A stretch of 64,000 nucleotides of DNA, from positions 192,001 to 256,000 of the forward strand of contig OZ244044.1 of NCBI GenBank assembly GCA_965215275.1, read 5' to 3'. The translations under genes were made by a program, and so were the position numbers. This document shows positions 43,501-55,012 of this stretch, in pieces. The DNA is from Thermodesulfobacteriota bacterium (GTDB lineage: Bacteria > Desulfobacterota_D > UBA1144 > Nemesobacterales > JAJCZQ01). Within the stretch, counting starts at the first letter, position 1, and each line of letters begins with the position of its first letter. The notes under the pieces were generated by a model. The model saw only the letters and a program-made list of their open reading frames with translations. It was not told the DNA's origin and made no database searches.

Positions 43501-44718
43501 TGCGTCCCAGACTTTCGGGTCTTCCTGCTCAACGAGTTTCTTTGCTATTTTAATGGTTAACGCGTAGCCCCATTCCTCGAGTTTCTGATAGATAAATGGC
43601 TTGAACAGTTCAAGTGCCATCTGCTTCGGCAATCCGCACTGATGGAGTTTCAGTTCCGGACCGACCGTGATCACGGACCTTCCAGAGTAATCCACCCTCT
43701 TACCTAATAGGTTCTGTCTGAACCTTCCCTGTTTTCCTTTTATTATATCGCTAAGGCTTTTTAAAGGTCTGCGGTTGTGTCCAAGTACGGGTCTGCCTCG
43801 TCTGCCGTTCTCAAGGAGTGCATCCACTGATTCCTGAAGCATTCTCTTTTCATTTCTTACGATAATGTCAGGTGCTCCTAGTTCCGTCAGTTTTTTCAGT
43901 CTGTTGTTCCTGTTTATGACCCTTCTGTACAGGTCGTTCAGGTCGGAGGTTGCAAACCTGCCTCCGTCCAGTGGTACCAGTGGTCTGAGGTCCGGCGGCA
44001 GAACGGGGATCATTGTTAAGATCATCCACTCCGGCTTGTTCTTTGACTTTCTGAACGCGTCACATACCCTCAGCCTTTTTGCTATCCTTGCTCTTTTGAT
44101 CAGATCTTTCGTTCTCTTGATCTCGTCTTTCAGATCCTCGGACAGGGCGAGCATATCCCTGTTCTTAAGCATTTCCCTGATGGTTTCAGCACCCATGCCG
44201 ACTTTGAAAGTCTGACCGAATTCGTCAAGCAGCTGTCTGTATTCTTCTTCGTTTATGACCTCGCCGTACTTTAATTTCGTAGGACCGGGGTCGTAAACGA
44301 CGTAAGCCTCAAAATACAAGGTCTTCTCAAGGTCTTTCAGGGTCATGCCCAGAAGCATGCGGATGATCTTCAAAAACCATATATGAACGGTCGGTGATAC
44401 GAGTTTAATATGGGCCATTCTTTCGCGTCTGACCTTTGAGGATATGACTTCAACCCCGCATTTTTCACACGTTATACCTCTGTGCTTTAACCTCTTGTAC
44501 TTTCCGCAGGTGCATTCGTAGTCTTTGACCGGCCCGAATATCTTGGCACAGAACAAACCGTTCCTCTCTGGTTTGAAAGTTCTGTAATTGATGGTTTCCG
44601 GTTTGGCTATCTCACCCCAAGACCACTCTTTTATCTTTTCTGGTGAAGCAATGGATATCTTTACCGTCGAATAATCGGATGGGTTCTTCGGTTTTTCAAA
44701 AAGGGTATCTATTTCCAC
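40555..44718 (-). CDS. rpoC: RNA polymerase beta' subunit
   Basis: NADFDGD, zinc fingers, TQLTMRTFH followed by an SI3-type insertion. Confidence 0.99.
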   Translation of the reverse strand: MEIDTLFEKPKNPSDYSTVKISIASPEKIKEWSWGEIAKPETINYRTFKPERNGLFCAKIFGPVKDYECTCGKYKRLKHRGITCEKCGVEVISSKVRRERMAHIKLVSPTVHIWFLKIIRMLLGMTLKDLEKTLYFEAYVVYDPGPTKLKYGEVINEEEYRQLLDEFGQTFKVGMGAETIREMLKNRDMLALSEDLKDEIKRTKDLIKRARIAKRLRVCDAFRKSKNKPEWMILTMIPVLPPDLRPLVPLDGGRFATSDLNDLYRRVINRNNRLKKLTELGAPDIIVRNEKRMLQESVDALLENGRRGRPVLGHNRRPLKSLSDIIKGKQGRFRQNLLGKRVDYSGRSVITVGPELKLHQCGLPKQMALELFKPFIYQKLEEWGYALTIKIAKKLVEQEDPKVWDALDEVIKEHPVLLNRAPTLHRLSIQAFEPILIEDKAIQVHPLVCPAYNADFDGDQMAVHVPLSVEAQTECRSLIMSSNNILSSASGKPIVLPTQDIVLGIYYMTRDAAYDKGHGKVFSSIEELSIAYELGEVGIHAKIKIRIKDKLYDTTVGRVLLYEVTPDNIPFELVNRVMTKHATEELVDTCFRMTGGKETVLLTDRLRTLGFKYSTKAGISISIHDIEIPELKEEMLSDAHKEVEKVQEHYYDGLITDGERYNKVIDIWTRTSNDIANKMMDKISYEEVKDDKGNINKGSSSNPIYMMIDSGARGSQTQVRQLAGMRGLMAKPSGEIIETPITSNFREGLTVLQYFISTHGARKGLADTALKTANAGYLTRRLIDVAQDVMINEYDCGTSEGIHVHDLVDSGKVIERVGQRVLGRVVLEEIRNPIDGEIIVRENEEIDEEAANKIDEIGSIIEIKVRSVLTCETKIGVCRLCYGRNLSTGKLVNIGEAVGIVAAQSIGEPGTQLTMRTFHIGGAASARTAESKIENQHAGTIKFDNVKTVRNRDDHLVVINRTGSLTVFDKKGYERERYPLSLGAKLNVEDGSKVKEKTLLAEWDPYTTPFIAEVSGKVEYKDLHEDLGTLVDQVDEATGIVNKVVGESKNTALHPTLIVYPDDTSTKKSSQKKDQYSQGVQYSLPVGAIIDEKVVMKDDKMKKEGVRIKAGDVIAKILGATSKTKDITGGLPRVAELFEARIPKGPAVVSEIDGVVSYEDVKGKRRVIITPDLGEPKVYAVPRHKHILMREGETVKAGDQLVDGSINPHDILTIKGEKELARYLVDEIQDVYRLQGVKLNDKHVEVIVKQMLRRVRVRNPGDTTLLVGEAVEKHVFFEENERVIADNGTPASAEPLLLGITRASLSTDSWLSASSFQETTRVLTEAACEGKEDKLRGLKENVIMGRLIPAGTGLPMYRNISVQTNLDAIMVPTSTVEETEELTERPD

Positions 44719-47700
44719 TTATTATCTAAACCTCCATTATTATTTTCTGTTTGCTCTTCGATCAGATCAACGTTCAGCACCAGGGATTGAAGCTCCTTCT
44801 GAAGCACTTTAAATGATTCAGGAAGCCCAGGTTCGAAGTTCAGGTCACCTTTCACTATTGAATCAAATATCCTGGTACGTCCCACTACGTCATCGGATTT
44901 AAAAGTAAGGAATTCCTGCAGGGTATAGGAGGCACCATAAGCTTCAAGTGCCCAGACTTCCATTTCTCCAAGTCTCTGTCCGCCAAAATGTGCCTTACCG
45001 CCCAGCGGCTGCTGGGTCACGAGCGAGTAAGGTCCGATCGCCCTTGCATGTATCTTTTCTTCCACGAGATGGTGGAGTTTCAGCATATACATTATCCCGA
45101 CCGTCACTTTCTGGTCAAAGGGTTCTCCTGTATGACCGTTGAACAGTATTGTCTTACCGTCCATCGGGAGGTCAGCTTCCTTGTACAGTTCTTTGATCTC
45201 GCTTTCCTTTGCTCCGTCAAATACGGGTACTTTGATCGGAATACCGTCTTTAAGGTCCTTGGCAAGTTCAACCACTTCACTATCGCTCAGGGAATCCAGG
45301 AACTTTAAAAACTCCGCAGAACCTGAATAATAGGTTTTAAACTTCTTTCTGAGCGAATCAGCACTGAACTCTGCTTCAATGTATTCGTTCAGCTGTCTTC
45401 CCAGTTCCTTGGCCACCCATCCCAGATGGGCTTCAAGTACCTGCCCCACGTTCATTCTGGACGGTACCCCAAGTGGATTCAGGACCATGTCGACCGATCT
45501 TCCATCAGGCAGGTAGGGCATATCCTCTTCCGCCAGTATTTTTGACACGACCCCTTTATTGCCATGTCTGCCGGCCATCTTATCCCCGACCTGGAGTTTC
45601 CTTTTAGCGGCTAAATAAACCTTGACTATTTTCAGGACCCCTGGCTGCAGTTCATCCGGTTTTTGCAGATTTGATATTTTCCGCTCGTATGCTTTTTTAA
45701 CTATATTTATATGCTCCGATGTACTGTCAACGATCGCCTTCACCTCGTTCTCGACCTTTGATGATCCTGCAACGTTTATATCCGGCAGTTTTTCGAACGG
45801 CACCTCGTTTAAGATATCTTCGGTTATGACCTCATCCTTTTTTAATATGGTCTTTCTGGCCAGTTTAAAACTGGATGCGGATCTTTTACCAGCTATCAGC
45901 TTGTTTACTTTACTTCTGGCGTCTTTTTCCAATCTGAGAACGTCTTCTTCCCTTTCCTGTTTTAATTTTGCGATATCAGAGGTATCTATCGCTTTGGAAA
46001 TACTGTCCTTATCAACTGCCCGGGATACTAACACCTTGACGTCAATGACCGTTGCATAGGTCCCGGGGGACGCTTTTAAAGAAGTATCTTTAACGTCACC
46101 GGCCTTATCACCGAATATGGCCTTCAGAAGTTTTTCCTCGGGAGAGAGCTGGGTTTCACCTTTCGGGGATATTTTTCCTACAAGTATATCTCCCGGCTTG
46201 ACCGTGGCCCCTATTCTTATAATTCCGTGTTCATCCAGGTTCCTCAGGGATTCTTCCCCTGCGTTCGGAATATCCCTTGTGATCTCCTCCTTGCCCAGCT
46301 TGGTTTCACGCGCCACGCATTCCTCTTCTTCTATGTGGATCGATGTAAAAGAATCATTTTTTAAAAGTCTTTCACTGACAAGTATGGCGTCTTCGAAGTT
46401 ATATCCTCCCCATGGCATAAAGGCCACGGTTATGTTCTTACCCAGGGCCAGTTCGCCTTCATCCGTGGACGGTCCATCAGCCACCACCTGTCCTTTTTTT
46501 ACCATCTGCCCGCTCGACACTATAGGCTTCTGGTTCCAGCAGGTGCTTTGGTTCGATTTCTGGAACTTGATCAGATTGAATATATCGACACTTCCATTTG
46601 TCCCTTCGGTGCCACTTGACCTTACCACGATCTTGTTTGCATCAACGTAATCCACTATACCGTCATTCTTTGCAATGGCGGTAACACCTGAATCCTTGGC
46701 AACTGTGCTTTCCATACCCGTACCTACGATCGGAGAACTCGTTTTTATAAGCGGGACCGCCTGACGCTGCATGTTCGATCCCATTAATGCCCTGTTAGCG
46801 TCGTCGTGCTCTAAGAACGGTATCAGCGAAGCAGATACGGAGACCAGCTGGTTAGGTGATACGTCCATCAGCTCGACCCTTTCACTTTTTTCCCTTTTGA
46901 ACTCACCTTCATGACGCGCGGAGATGAACTCGGCCTTGAACACGCCTTTATCATCAACGGGAGCATTTACCTGAGCTATAACGAATTTTTCTTCTTCATG
47001 TGCGCTTAAATGCACGATCTCATCAGTTACTAACCTGTCCTTTACAACTCTGTAAGGCGTCTGAATAAACCCATATTGATTTACCGTTGCGTAGGTGCTC
47101 AGGCTGGATATTAACCCGATATTCGGGCCTTCAGGCGTTTCAATGGGACATATCTTTCCATAATGTGATACATGGACGTCACGCACTTCAAATCCTGCTC
47201 TTTCACGTGTTAAACCACCAGGACCCAAGGCACTGAGCCTTCTCTTATGGGTGATCTCGGACAGGGGATTGGTCTGGTCCATGAACTGTGAAAGTTGTCC
47301 GGTGTTGAAAAATTCCTTCACGACCGAAGTGACGGTCTTCGGCATTAATATCTCACTTGGCATCATATCTTCTACCGGCTGGTAGCTCATCTTTTCCTTT
47401 ACTGATTTGGCAAGTCTTTTAACGCCGTGGTAGAACCTGTCCTCTATAAGTTCTCCTATTGTCTTTACTCTTCTGTTGCCAAGATGATCTATATCGTCCG
47501 TACTGCCCTTGCCTCCCTGAAGGTCGAGCAGATATTTGATCGTACGGCATATATCCTCTTTGCTTAAGTGAAGATGATCGTCAGGAAGGTCCATTCCCAG
47601 CTTATAGTTGATCTTTATCCTGCCGACCTTTGAAAGCCTGTAGGTCTCGGGATTAAAGAACATGTTCTCAAAAAAATCCCTGGCCACCTTTAACGTAGGC

Positions 47701-49169
47701 GGGTCTGTAGGTCTGAACCTTTTGTAGATCTCCTTTATTGCATCTTCGGCCGTCTTGGTCTTATCCTTATCATCAAGGAGCGTGTTCCTGAGAGAAGCAG
47801 AAACAGTATCATCGTCTATGTAAAAGACCTTGAACTTTTCTACGCTGTTTTTCTTCAGACCATCTATTACTTCGTCTGTGATTGGTTCATTGAAATCAAC
47901 AAGTATTTCACCCGTGTCCGGGTCCATTATATCCTCAGCACAAAAATATTTTTCCTTATCTGTGGTCAGACCCGTGATCTCGTTCTTATCTATCGGAAAG
48001 ACGTCAACTCCGGCTTTTTCAAGCTTTCTTAACGTTCCTTGCCCGAACCTCATATCTTTGCGGACAAGCGTGTCACCTGATTTTTTATCAACTATATCCA
48101 CACTGGCCTTCTGGTATTTTATAGTTTCTTGATTGATCTCTTTTTCAAATCCTTCCTCCGTTATATGAATGACCTCAACGGGATAATAGTAGTTCATTAT
48201 CTCACGTGGACCATAACCCATGGCCTTGAGAAGTATAGTGACGTGGAATTTTTTCTTTCTGTCTATCCTTACGTGCATCAGGTCCTTTGAGTCAAACTCA
48301 AAATCCAGCCATTTACTGCCTTCCTGGGGAATTATCCTTGCAAAGAAGGAACCTTTACCAAGCGAACTGTCCTTGCTCTTACCGAAGAACACCCCCGGCG
48401 AGCGATGTAGCTGGTTTACTATTACTCTTTCGGTTCCGTTTATAATGAAGGAACCATTACCGGTCATAATGGGAAGTTCGCCAAAGTAAACTTCCTGTTC
48501 CTTTATCTCCCGGATGTTCTTCTTATGTGATATTTCTACGGTTGCACCGGCTGCCTCTAATTTCTTCCTGACATCCTTAGCTTCTTCCTCTTCGGAGTAA
48601 TGCTCCACCTGCACGCCGTCTTCAGGGTCCTTAGAGACCAGTGCGATCAGGTCCTTGGCCCCTTTAACTCCCAGACCGGCAACTTCCTTTACGGTTTCGA
48701 TGACCTTATTTTTATCTTCACCGATCTGCTTCAGAGCAACCGTGTATGAAACGTCCCATACTATAAGTCTGAAAGTCACGTGCAGAGGAGAAACGTAGGT
48801 GTATCCTTTTAACCTGCATTCCCCTTCTTCATACTTGGGGTCGTCCAGTTTGTACCTTACATACTCCAGGCTGGATCTCTTGTTACTGTCCTCAACGGGA
48901 AAGACCGTCTTAAAAGCTGCATGCAGCCCTTTTGGCTCCCTGTCTTCGTGTTTTATTTCAGCCTGTAGGAAATCTCTGTAGGACTTGGTCTGAACTTCCA
49001 GCAGATGTGGGATATTTAAAACGTTCGGTATTTTAGAAAAAACCTTTCTATACAGGTGTCTCTCGTGTTTCTGCGCTCTCAGGTCAGATACGCTGTCTTT
49101 GCCAGCAGCTGTGAGCTGTGCCGTTATATGTCTTTCGTTTTTTTGTGCTCTCAAATTAGATACCCTCAA
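44709..49169 (-). CDS. rpoB: RNA polymerase beta subunit with an inserted bL12-CTD-like domain
   Basis: [43 protein letters not shown]; residues ~141-214 resemble the bL12 CTD; TTG start uncertain. Confidence 0.99.
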   Translation of the reverse strand: MRVSNLRAQKNERHITAQLTAAGKDSVSDLRAQKHERHLYRKVFSKIPNVLNIPHLLEVQTKSYRDFLQAEIKHEDREPKGLHAAFKTVFPVEDSNKRSSLEYVRYKLDDPKYEEGECRLKGYTYVSPLHVTFRLIVWDVSYTVALKQIGEDKNKVIETVKEVAGLGVKGAKDLIALVSKDPEDGVQVEHYSEEEEAKDVRKKLEAAGATVEISHKKNIREIKEQEVYFGELPIMTGNGSFIINGTERVIVNQLHRSPGVFFGKSKDSSLGKGSFFARIIPQEGSKWLDFEFDSKDLMHVRIDRKKKFHVTILLKAMGYGPREIMNYYYPVEVIHITEEGFEKEINQETIKYQKASVDIVDKKSGDTLVRKDMRFGQGTLRKLEKAGVDVFPIDKNEITGLTTDKEKYFCAEDIMDPDTGEILVDFNEPITDEVIDGLKKNSVEKFKVFYIDDDTVSASLRNTLLDDKDKTKTAEDAIKEIYKRFRPTDPPTLKVARDFFENMFFNPETYRLSKVGRIKINYKLGMDLPDDHLHLSKEDICRTIKYLLDLQGGKGSTDDIDHLGNRRVKTIGELIEDRFYHGVKRLAKSVKEKMSYQPVEDMMPSEILMPKTVTSVVKEFFNTGQLSQFMDQTNPLSEITHKRRLSALGPGGLTRERAGFEVRDVHVSHYGKICPIETPEGPNIGLISSLSTYATVNQYGFIQTPYRVVKDRLVTDEIVHLSAHEEEKFVIAQVNAPVDDKGVFKAEFISARHEGEFKREKSERVELMDVSPNQLVSVSASLIPFLEHDDANRALMGSNMQRQAVPLIKTSSPIVGTGMESTVAKDSGVTAIAKNDGIVDYVDANKIVVRSSGTEGTNGSVDIFNLIKFQKSNQSTCWNQKPIVSSGQMVKKGQVVADGPSTDEGELALGKNITVAFMPWGGYNFEDAILVSERLLKNDSFTSIHIEEEECVARETKLGKEEITRDIPNAGEESLRNLDEHGIIRIGATVKPGDILVGKISPKGETQLSPEEKLLKAIFGDKAGDVKDTSLKASPGTYATVIDVKVLVSRAVDKDSISKAIDTSDIAKLKQEREEDVLRLEKDARSKVNKLIAGKRSASSFKLARKTILKKDEVITEDILNEVPFEKLPDINVAGSSKVENEVKAIVDSTSEHINIVKKAYERKISNLQKPDELQPGVLKIVKVYLAAKRKLQVGDKMAGRHGNKGVVSKILAEEDMPYLPDGRSVDMVLNPLGVPSRMNVGQVLEAHLGWVAKELGRQLNEYIEAEFSADSLRKKFKTYYSGSAEFLKFLDSLSDSEVVELAKDLKDGIPIKVPVFDGAKESEIKELYKEADLPMDGKTILFNGHTGEPFDQKVTVGIMYMLKLHHLVEEKIHARAIGPYSLVTQQPLGGKAHFGGQRLGEMEVWALEAYGASYTLQEFLTFKSDDVVGRTRIFDSIVKGDLNFEPGLPESFKVLQKELQSLVLNVDLIEEQTENNNGGLDNKWK

Positions 49170-49205
49170 AAAATGTAATTAATAAAGATGTAATAAATGA
49201 AAAAG

Positions 49206-49595
49206 CTATGATATCTCTACGGTTGCACCGGCTGATTCCAGTTTATTCTTAATTTCCTCAGCTTCTTCTTTGTTTATATCATCTTTAACGTTTTTTGGGG
49301 CACTTTCTACGAGTTCTTTGGCTTCTTTGAGCCCTAACGAGGTAACCTCTCTCACGGCTTTGATGACCTGGATCTTATTTTCTCCAAAGTCCTTTAAAAT
49401 AACGCTTACTTCGGTTTTTTCTTCGCCACCTGGACTTTCCTGATCCGCAGCGGCACCTGGCACAGCTGCAACTGCCATCTGCGGTGCTGCCTGAATATCG
49501 AATTTTTCCTCTATCTCCTTGATCAGCTCTGATACCTCGAGCATGGTGGCTTTTTCCAGGTACGTAATTACATCGGATTTACTTATATCAGCCAT
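49206..49595 (-). CDS. rplL: 50S ribosomal protein bL12 (L7/L12)
   Basis: [25 protein letters not shown]. Confidence 0.98.
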   Translation of the reverse strand: MADISKSDVITYLEKATMLEVSELIKEIEEKFDIQAAPQMAVAAVPGAAADQESPGGEEKTEVSVILKDFGENKIQVIKAVREVTSLGLKEAKELVESAPKNVKDDINKEEAEEIKNKLESAGATVEIS

Positions 49596-49623
49596 TATTG
49601 AATACCTCCTAATTGCTTTTGTT

Positions 49624-50139
49624 TTATTTTTTCTCTTTTAATGCTTGCAGTAAATATAAGAACTTCGTTTGCATGTTCTTTAATGAATATGCGAACCTGG
49701 ACATCGGGGAATTCAACAGACTTGCGAACTGAGCGATCAGTTCGGTTTTTGTGGGAAGTTTGGATATTCGTTCGATCTCGCCTGCATCCACCTTCTTTCC
49801 TTCTACCACGCCGCCTCTGATAGTGAACTGTTCGTAGGTCTTTGCGGAATCCACGAATATCTTTGCCGATGCAGAAGAATCACCTTTTGAAAACCCAATG
49901 GCCGTTGAACCGGTAAACAGGTCCGTCAGCTGATCGGCGACCGTATCGCTTGAAGCCCTTCTCAGCAGGGTGTTCTTGACTATCCTGATCTCACTGTCGA
50001 CCACCTTCAGGTTCTTTCTTATTTTTTCCAGCTCTTTTACGGTAAGTCCTGAATAATCAATAACGAACATAGATAAACCGGACGTGAACTTGCCGTTCAG
50101 TTCTTCGATTATTTTTCCTTTTGCTTCTCTTGTTAACAT
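49624..50139 (-). CDS. rplJ: 50S ribosomal protein uL10
   Basis: DYSGLTV, VKNTL, LPTKTEL; synteny. Confidence 0.96.
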   Translation of the reverse strand: MLTREAKGKIIEELNGKFTSGLSMFVIDYSGLTVKELEKIRKNLKVVDSEIRIVKNTLLRRASSDTVADQLTDLFTGSTAIGFSKGDSSASAKIFVDSAKTYEQFTIRGGVVEGKKVDAGEIERISKLPTKTELIAQFASLLNSPMSRFAYSLKNMQTKFLYLLQALKEKK

Positions 50140-50183
50140 TAAAAACTCCCGATCGGCAATGACAGAGCTGTTGTCATCAGCAC

Positions 50184-50894
50184 TTACAGACCTTTCAAAG
50201 CCTCCCTTATATCCGTCAGATCTAAATTAATGCCAGGCCCCATGGTATTCGACACCGATACTTTTCTGAGAAAAATGCCTTTTGATGAAGGAGGCTTCTG
50301 CTTGTTTATCTCGCCAATGATGGCAAGCAGGTTCTCCTTTATTTTTTGCCTGCCAAAAGAAACCCTGCCTATCGGTGCATGTATAACGCCGCTTTTATCG
50401 TTCCTGATCTCTATTCTGCCCGCTTTTGACTGTTTTACCGTCTCTGCAACGTTGTTCGTTACCGTCCCGACCTTGGGATTTGGCATAAGCCCCCTGGGAC
50501 CCAGTACCTTCCCTAACCCTCCGACCTTGCTCATAACGTCCGGGGTCGCTATGGCTATATCAAAATCAAGCCAGTTCTCTTTCTTTATCTTTTCTATATA
50601 TTCGTCTAATCCGGCATGGTCAGCACCGGCATCTTTTGCCTCACTTACCTTATCATCCTTTGCAAATACCATTACCTTTACGCTTTTACCGGTGCCGTGA
50701 GGAAGGTTAACTGCCATCCTTATCTGCTGGTCGGCCTGCCTGGGGTCTATTCCAAGCTTGATCGCGATATCGACCGATTCATCGAATTTCGCTCTTTTGG
50801 TCCTCTCAACCAGTTCCACCGACTCGTTCACGGAGTAAGACGTTGCCGGATCGACCATATTTTTAACTTTCACAAAACTTTTTCCTACTGTCAT
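50184..50894 (-). CDS. rplA: 50S ribosomal protein uL1
   Basis: KFDESV, LPHGTGK, LGPRGLMPNPK, TMGPG. Confidence 0.98.
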   Translation of the reverse strand: MTVGKSFVKVKNMVDPATSYSVNESVELVERTKRAKFDESVDIAIKLGIDPRQADQQIRMAVNLPHGTGKSVKVMVFAKDDKVSEAKDAGADHAGLDEYIEKIKKENWLDFDIAIATPDVMSKVGGLGKVLGPRGLMPNPKVGTVTNNVAETVKQSKAGRIEIRNDKSGVIHAPIGRVSFGRQKIKENLLAIIGEINKQKPPSSKGIFLRKVSVSNTMGPGINLDLTDIREALKGL

Positions 50895-50916
50895 AAGATT
50901 TACCTTCAGTGGACAG

Positions 50917-51333
50917 CTATCCTATATTGATACCCATGCTCCTTGCAGTACCTTCTACGATCTTACAGGCTGCTTCCGGATCGCTGGTGTTCAGATCTTT
51001 CAATTTGATCTTTGCTATCTCCATTATCTGCTCTTTACTTACCGAACCGACCTTTACTCGCGGCACATGGCTTGAACCTTTTTCTATCTTTGCGGCTTTT
51101 TTCAGCAAATAAGAAACTGGTGGTGTTCTTATCTCAAAGGTGAACGACCTGTCGGCATATACCGTGACCACCACGGGCATTAATCCCTGACCGTTGGAGG
51201 TCTGAGCGTTGAACGCTTTACAGAACTCCATTATGTTCACGCCCTTCTGACCCAGTGCAGGTCCGACCGGAGGTGATGGCGTTGCCTTACCCGCTTCGAT
51301 CAGCAGCTTTAAATATCCTTCTATTTTTTTCAT
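50917..51333 (-). CDS. rplK: 50S ribosomal protein uL11
   Basis: [20 protein letters not shown]. Confidence 0.98.
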   Translation of the reverse strand: MKKIEGYLKLLIEAGKATPSPPVGPALGQKGVNIMEFCKAFNAQTSNGQGLMPVVVTVYADRSFTFEIRTPPVSYLLKKAAKIEKGSSHVPRVKVGSVSKEQIMEIAKIKLKDLNTSDPEAACKIVEGTARSMGINIG

Positions 51334-51890
51334 TAAACTTTTTCTACCTGGCTGAAATCCAGTTCTATTGGGGTTGTTCTTCCAAAAATAGTAACGGAGA
51401 CCTGAACTTTTCCCTTATCGGGGTTTATCTCCTCAATGGTCCCGGAGAAACTTGCAAACGGACCCTCTGTTACTTTTACCGTTTCACCTCTTTCAAATGC
51501 GATCTTCGGCTTTGGTTTTAACGTCCCTTCTCTTATATGTGTCTTTATTGCTGCTATCTCAGCTTCATCTATATCGGGAACGGACCCGGAGTTGATCGTT
51601 CCATCCACCACGTCACCGCCTACGAACCCAATGACCTTTGGTATGCTCCTGATAAAGTGCCATGTTTCCTCGTCCAGCTCCGTCTTTACCAGTATATAGC
51701 CTGGAAAGAACTTCCTGGTCGACGTCTTTTTTTTGCCGCTTGCCTTTGTCTCTATTATGTTTTCCGTTGGGAGCAGGACCTCTTCAATACCGATATCGAT
51801 CTTTCCAAGCGCAACAGCATCTTCAAGCTGTTTTTTTACCCTGTCTTCAAAACCCGTGTTGACATGCACTGCGTACCATTTTGTGCTCAT
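51333..51890 (-). CDS. nusG: Transcription termination/antitermination factor NusG
   Basis: [31 protein letters not shown]. Confidence 0.97.
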   Translation of the reverse strand: MSTKWYAVHVNTGFEDRVKKQLEDAVALGKIDIGIEEVLLPTENIIETKASGKKKTSTRKFFPGYILVKTELDEETWHFIRSIPKVIGFVGGDVVDGTINSGSVPDIDEAEIAAIKTHIREGTLKPKPKIAFERGETVKVTEGPFASFSGTIEEINPDKGKVQVSVTIFGRTTPIELDFSQVEKV

Positions 51891-51896
51891 TTTATT

Positions 51897-52100
51897 CTAG
51901 CTCAATATCGAACCGACTATCACTGAAAATATATAATCTACCAAAGCTAAAAAGACCGCAAATATACTTGAAATTATTAATACTGCAAGTGATGATTTAA
52001 TCGTTTCACTTCTCGAGGGCCAGGTGATCTTTTTTATTTCAAGTCCGATATCCCTGGCAAAGTGAGTTATGGATTCTTTATATTCGCTTACGCCTTTCAT
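51897..52100 (-). CDS. secE: Preprotein translocase subunit SecE
   Basis: EIKKITWPS plus one TM; start moved to ATG 52100 because the longer ORF overlaps tRNA-Trp. Confidence 0.93.
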   Translation of the reverse strand: MKGVSEYKESITHFARDIGLEIKKITWPSRSETIKSSLAVLIISSIFAVFLALVDYIFSVIVGSILS

Positions 52101-52109
52101 ATCTGTTCT

Positions 52110-52183
52110 CAGGGCAGGAGGGAATCGAACCCCCAACCGCTGGTTTTGGAGACCAGTGCTCTACCAAATTAAGCTACTGCCCT
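52110..52183 (-). tRNA. tRNA-Trp(CCA)
   Basis: Cloverleaf, anticodon arm CTGGT-CTCCAAA-ACCAG, GTTCGA T-loop. Confidence 0.95.
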
Positions 52184-52199
52184 TTTAAACCTAAAAAAG

Positions 52200-53384
52200 C
52201 TACTCTGTAATGGAAGTAACCACTCCGGCACCGACGGTCCTGCCACCTTCCCTTATCGCAAATCTCAACTGCTCGTCCATCGCAACGGGGCTTATAAGTT
52301 CCACTTCCATGTTTATATTATCCCCCGGCATCACCATCTCCACTCCTTCCGGCAGCTTTATGCTCCCCGTTACGTCCGTCGTTCTAAAGTAAAACTGCGG
52401 CCTGTATCCAGGAAAGAACGGCGTGTGCCTTCCTCCTTCCTCCTTCTTAAGCACGTATACCTCTGCATTGAAACGTTTGTGCGGCGTTATAGCACCAGGC
52501 GCTGCAAGCACCTGCCCTCTCTCCACTTCTTCCTTCCCTATCCCCCTGAGCAGCACTCCCACGTTATCTCCCGCCTGGGCATCGTCCAGTATCTTCCTGA
52601 ACATCTCAAGGCTCGTTGCCACCGTCTTGCGCGTATCTTTAAATCCCACTATCTCTATCTCGTCCCCTGCCACTATCTTTCCTCTCTCTACCCTTCCCGT
52701 TACCACTGTCCCCCTCCCTGATATCGTGAACACGTCCTCTATCGCCATCAGGAACGGCCTGTCAAGGTCCCTCTCAGGCTCAGGTATGTATCTGTCTACC
52801 TCCCCCATAAGTTCCTTTATCTGTCCTTCACAACCCTCGTCCCCTTCCAGTGCCTTTAACGCACTTACCTTTACCACCGGTACATCGTCCCCGGGGAACT
52901 CGTACTGGCTCAGCAGTTCCCTTACCTCAAGCTCAACAAGGTCCTGTAGCTCCTCATCGTCCAGCATGTCCACCTTGTTCAGTGCCACCACTATATACGG
53001 CACTCCTACCTGCTTTGCAAGCAGTATATGCTCCCTTGTCTGCGGCATCGGTCCATCAGGTGCACTTACCACAAGTATAGCTCCGTCCATCTGGGCCGCT
53101 CCCGTTATCATGTTCTTCACGTAGTCCGCATGTCCTGGACAGTCCACATGCGCGTAATGCCTGCCGTCTGTCTCGTACTCCACGTGCGCTATGCTTATCG
53201 TTATCCCTCTCTCCCTTTCCTCCGGCGCCTTGTCTATGTCCCCGAACTCCACGTACTCCGCCTGACCCTGCTTGCTCAATACCTTTGTTATTGCCGCCGT
53301 TAACGTCGTCTTCCCATGATCCACGTGCCCTATCGTACCAACGTTCAAATGAGGCTTTCCTCGCTCAAATTTCTCCTTTGACAT
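52200..53384 (-). CDS. tuf: Elongation factor Tu
   Basis: [23 protein letters not shown]. Confidence 0.99.
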   Translation of the reverse strand: MSKEKFERGKPHLNVGTIGHVDHGKTTLTAAITKVLSKQGQAEYVEFGDIDKAPEERERGITISIAHVEYETDGRHYAHVDCPGHADYVKNMITGAAQMDGAILVVSAPDGPMPQTREHILLAKQVGVPYIVVALNKVDMLDDEELQDLVELEVRELLSQYEFPGDDVPVVKVSALKALEGDEGCEGQIKELMGEVDRYIPEPERDLDRPFLMAIEDVFTISGRGTVVTGRVERGKIVAGDEIEIVGFKDTRKTVATSLEMFRKILDDAQAGDNVGVLLRGIGKEEVERGQVLAAPGAITPHKRFNAEVYVLKKEEGGRHTPFFPGYRPQFYFRTTDVTGSIKLPEGVEMVMPGDNINMEVELISPVAMDEQLRFAIREGGRTVGAGVVTSITE

Positions 53385-53493
53385 TAATTACTCCCTCCTC
53401 TTACTTATCTTACCTTATCTTTGATCTGAAATATAAACTGTTTATTTTTATCACTTATTTTGTATTTGTCAAAATTTAAAACAGATCTGTTTA

Positions 53494-53566
<73 letters not shown>

Positions 53567-53581
53567 GCTGTTAGATCAAAA

Positions 53582-53655
53582 AGCGGGAGACGGGGGTCGA
53601 ACCCGCGACCTTCAGCTTGGAAGGCTGACGCTCTAGCCAACTGAGCTACTCCCGC
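53582..53655 (-). tRNA. tRNA-Gly(TCC)
   Basis: Anticodon arm TCAGC-CTTCCAA-GCTGA. Confidence 0.95.
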
Positions 53656-53666
53656 GGCATTTAATA

Positions 53667-53749
53667 TGGGGAGGGCAGGATTCGAACCTACGTAGGCGTA
53701 CGCCGGCAGATTTACAGTCTGCTGCTTTTGACCACTCAGCCACCTCCCC
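53667..53749 (-). tRNA. tRNA-Tyr(GTA)
   Basis: Anticodon arm GCAGA-CTGTAAA-TCTGC, long variable arm. Confidence 0.95.
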
Positions 53750-53786
53750 GTTATAAAAGCAAATAATGTCATATTTTCAGAACGTA

Positions 53787-53858
53787 AGCTGGCGAAGGGA
53801 TTCGAACCCCCGACCGGCTGATTACAAATCAGCTGCTCTCCCACTGAGCTACGCCAGC
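53787..53858 (-). tRNA. tRNA-Thr(TGT)
   Basis: Anticodon arm GCTGA-TTTGTAA-TCAGC. Confidence 0.95.
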
Positions 53859-53882
53859 ATTTTCAACTATTTTATTCACTGA

Positions 53883-53910
53883 ATTATATATTTATTATTT
53901 TAAATGTCAG
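53883..53910 (-). promoter_or_regulatory. Putative promoter of the tRNA-tuf operon
   Basis: CTGACA-16nt-TATAAT. Confidence 0.55.
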
Positions 53911-53989
53911 GTAGAACCACCCTGAAGTCGAAGTTCAGTATTCAACACTAATATAGTAATTTGTCAAATAGTAACTTATGTAAACAGGT

Positions 53990-54439
53990 TTAAACCAGGG
54001 AAGCAGAGATCTCGGCTTCTGCCACCTTTTGTCCATCCACAAATGCGGTCCCTTTGAAGAACAGAAGTCTTCTTCTTTTTTTTACAAGTTCCACTTCCAA
54101 AGTCAACTCCTGATCCGGTAAAACGGGACGTCTGAACTTGCAGTTGTTAAGGGATACTAAAAAAGCGTTGGAGTAACCTTCTTCTTCGATCTCGCTTTTA
54201 TGGGAATAATTCACGAGTATTCCTCCGCTCTGGGCAAGAGATTCCGTGATTATCACCCCGGGCACGACCGGCTGATCGGGAAAATGTCCCGCAAAGAAAT
54301 CCTGTTTACTTGTAAAGGTCTTTTTTGCAACTATCCTTTTATGTTCGACTATCTCAACTACTTCATCCACGAACAGGAATGGGTCCCGATGAGGAATATG
54401 GTCTTTTATCTGTTCTTTATTTAAAAGCATATCGATCAT
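53990..54439 (-). CDS. fabZ: 3-hydroxyacyl-ACP dehydratase
   Basis: IPHRDPFLFVD, FFAGHFP, PGVIITESLAQ, KFRRPV. Confidence 0.95.
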   Translation of the reverse strand: MIDMLLNKEQIKDHIPHRDPFLFVDEVVEIVEHKRIVAKKTFTSKQDFFAGHFPDQPVVPGVIITESLAQSGGILVNYSHKSEIEEEGYSNAFLVSLNNCKFRRPVLPDQELTLEVELVKKRRRLLFFKGTAFVDGQKVAEAEISASLV

Positions 54440-54987
54440 TGTTTGCTGTCATAAGACTGGTCGTAAGACCGTATGACCTTTTCCGTAATATCCACCTGCG
54501 GACTGGCAAAGACGAGCCCGGATCGAGTTTGCTCCAGGATAATATCGTAACCTTCGGACTGAACAATCTCTATGAGATTCTTTTCCATTTCTCTTAATAT
54601 TTTTCGCTCTAGTTCAATAGATTCTTTCTGAAATTCTTCTCTGAAGTCTTCCCTGGTCCTGTTAAGGTCTTTTTCCTGCTTCTTTATCCGGTCGGCTTTC
54701 TGCTTTTTGACGGATTCCTTCATCACGGTCGAATTCTTTATGAAATCCTGTTTCATCTTCTCAAGAGCACTTGCTTTTTGTTCGATGATGTCACTTTTTG
54801 CCTTGAACTTGACTTTAAGAGCATTTGTAGCCGATTTACCCGCCTTTGAATTAAAGATAATCCTCTGCAGGTCCACGTAACCTATTTTCAGCACGTCTTT
54901 CTTGACCTCCTGCGACCGGGCGGAAGGAACGGCAGTAAATACAACGAGCACTACTAAAAATAAAGCGTAACTTACAAAACTCCTCAT
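54436..54987 (-). CDS. skp: Periplasmic chaperone Skp/OmpH
   Basis: Signal peptide, KIGYVDLQ, coiled coil, DITEKVI; follows bamA. Confidence 0.92.
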   Translation of the reverse strand: MRSFVSYALFLVVLVVFTAVPSARSQEVKKDVLKIGYVDLQRIIFNSKAGKSATNALKVKFKAKSDIIEQKASALEKMKQDFIKNSTVMKESVKKQKADRIKKQEKDLNRTREDFREEFQKESIELERKILREMEKNLIEIVQSEGYDIILEQTRSGLVFASPQVDITEKVIRSYDQSYDSKQ

Positions 54988-55012
54988 GATATAAAAACCT
55001 CCTGTTTAAAGA

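Noticed and set aside
48528..48749. RpoB insert as an intein or a misassembled rplL copy
   Set aside because: No Cys/Ser...His-Asn splice motifs, too short for an intein, and about half the residues differ from rplL while the frame stays open
52423..53124. 233-aa ORF antisense to tuf, and similar antisense ORFs across the window
   Set aside because: Shadow frames of conserved genes with Ser/Pro-rich composition and no motifs
53959..53983. 9-10 nt matches to both predicted guides upstream of the tRNA operon
   Set aside because: Short AT-rich or TTGACA matches are expected by chance
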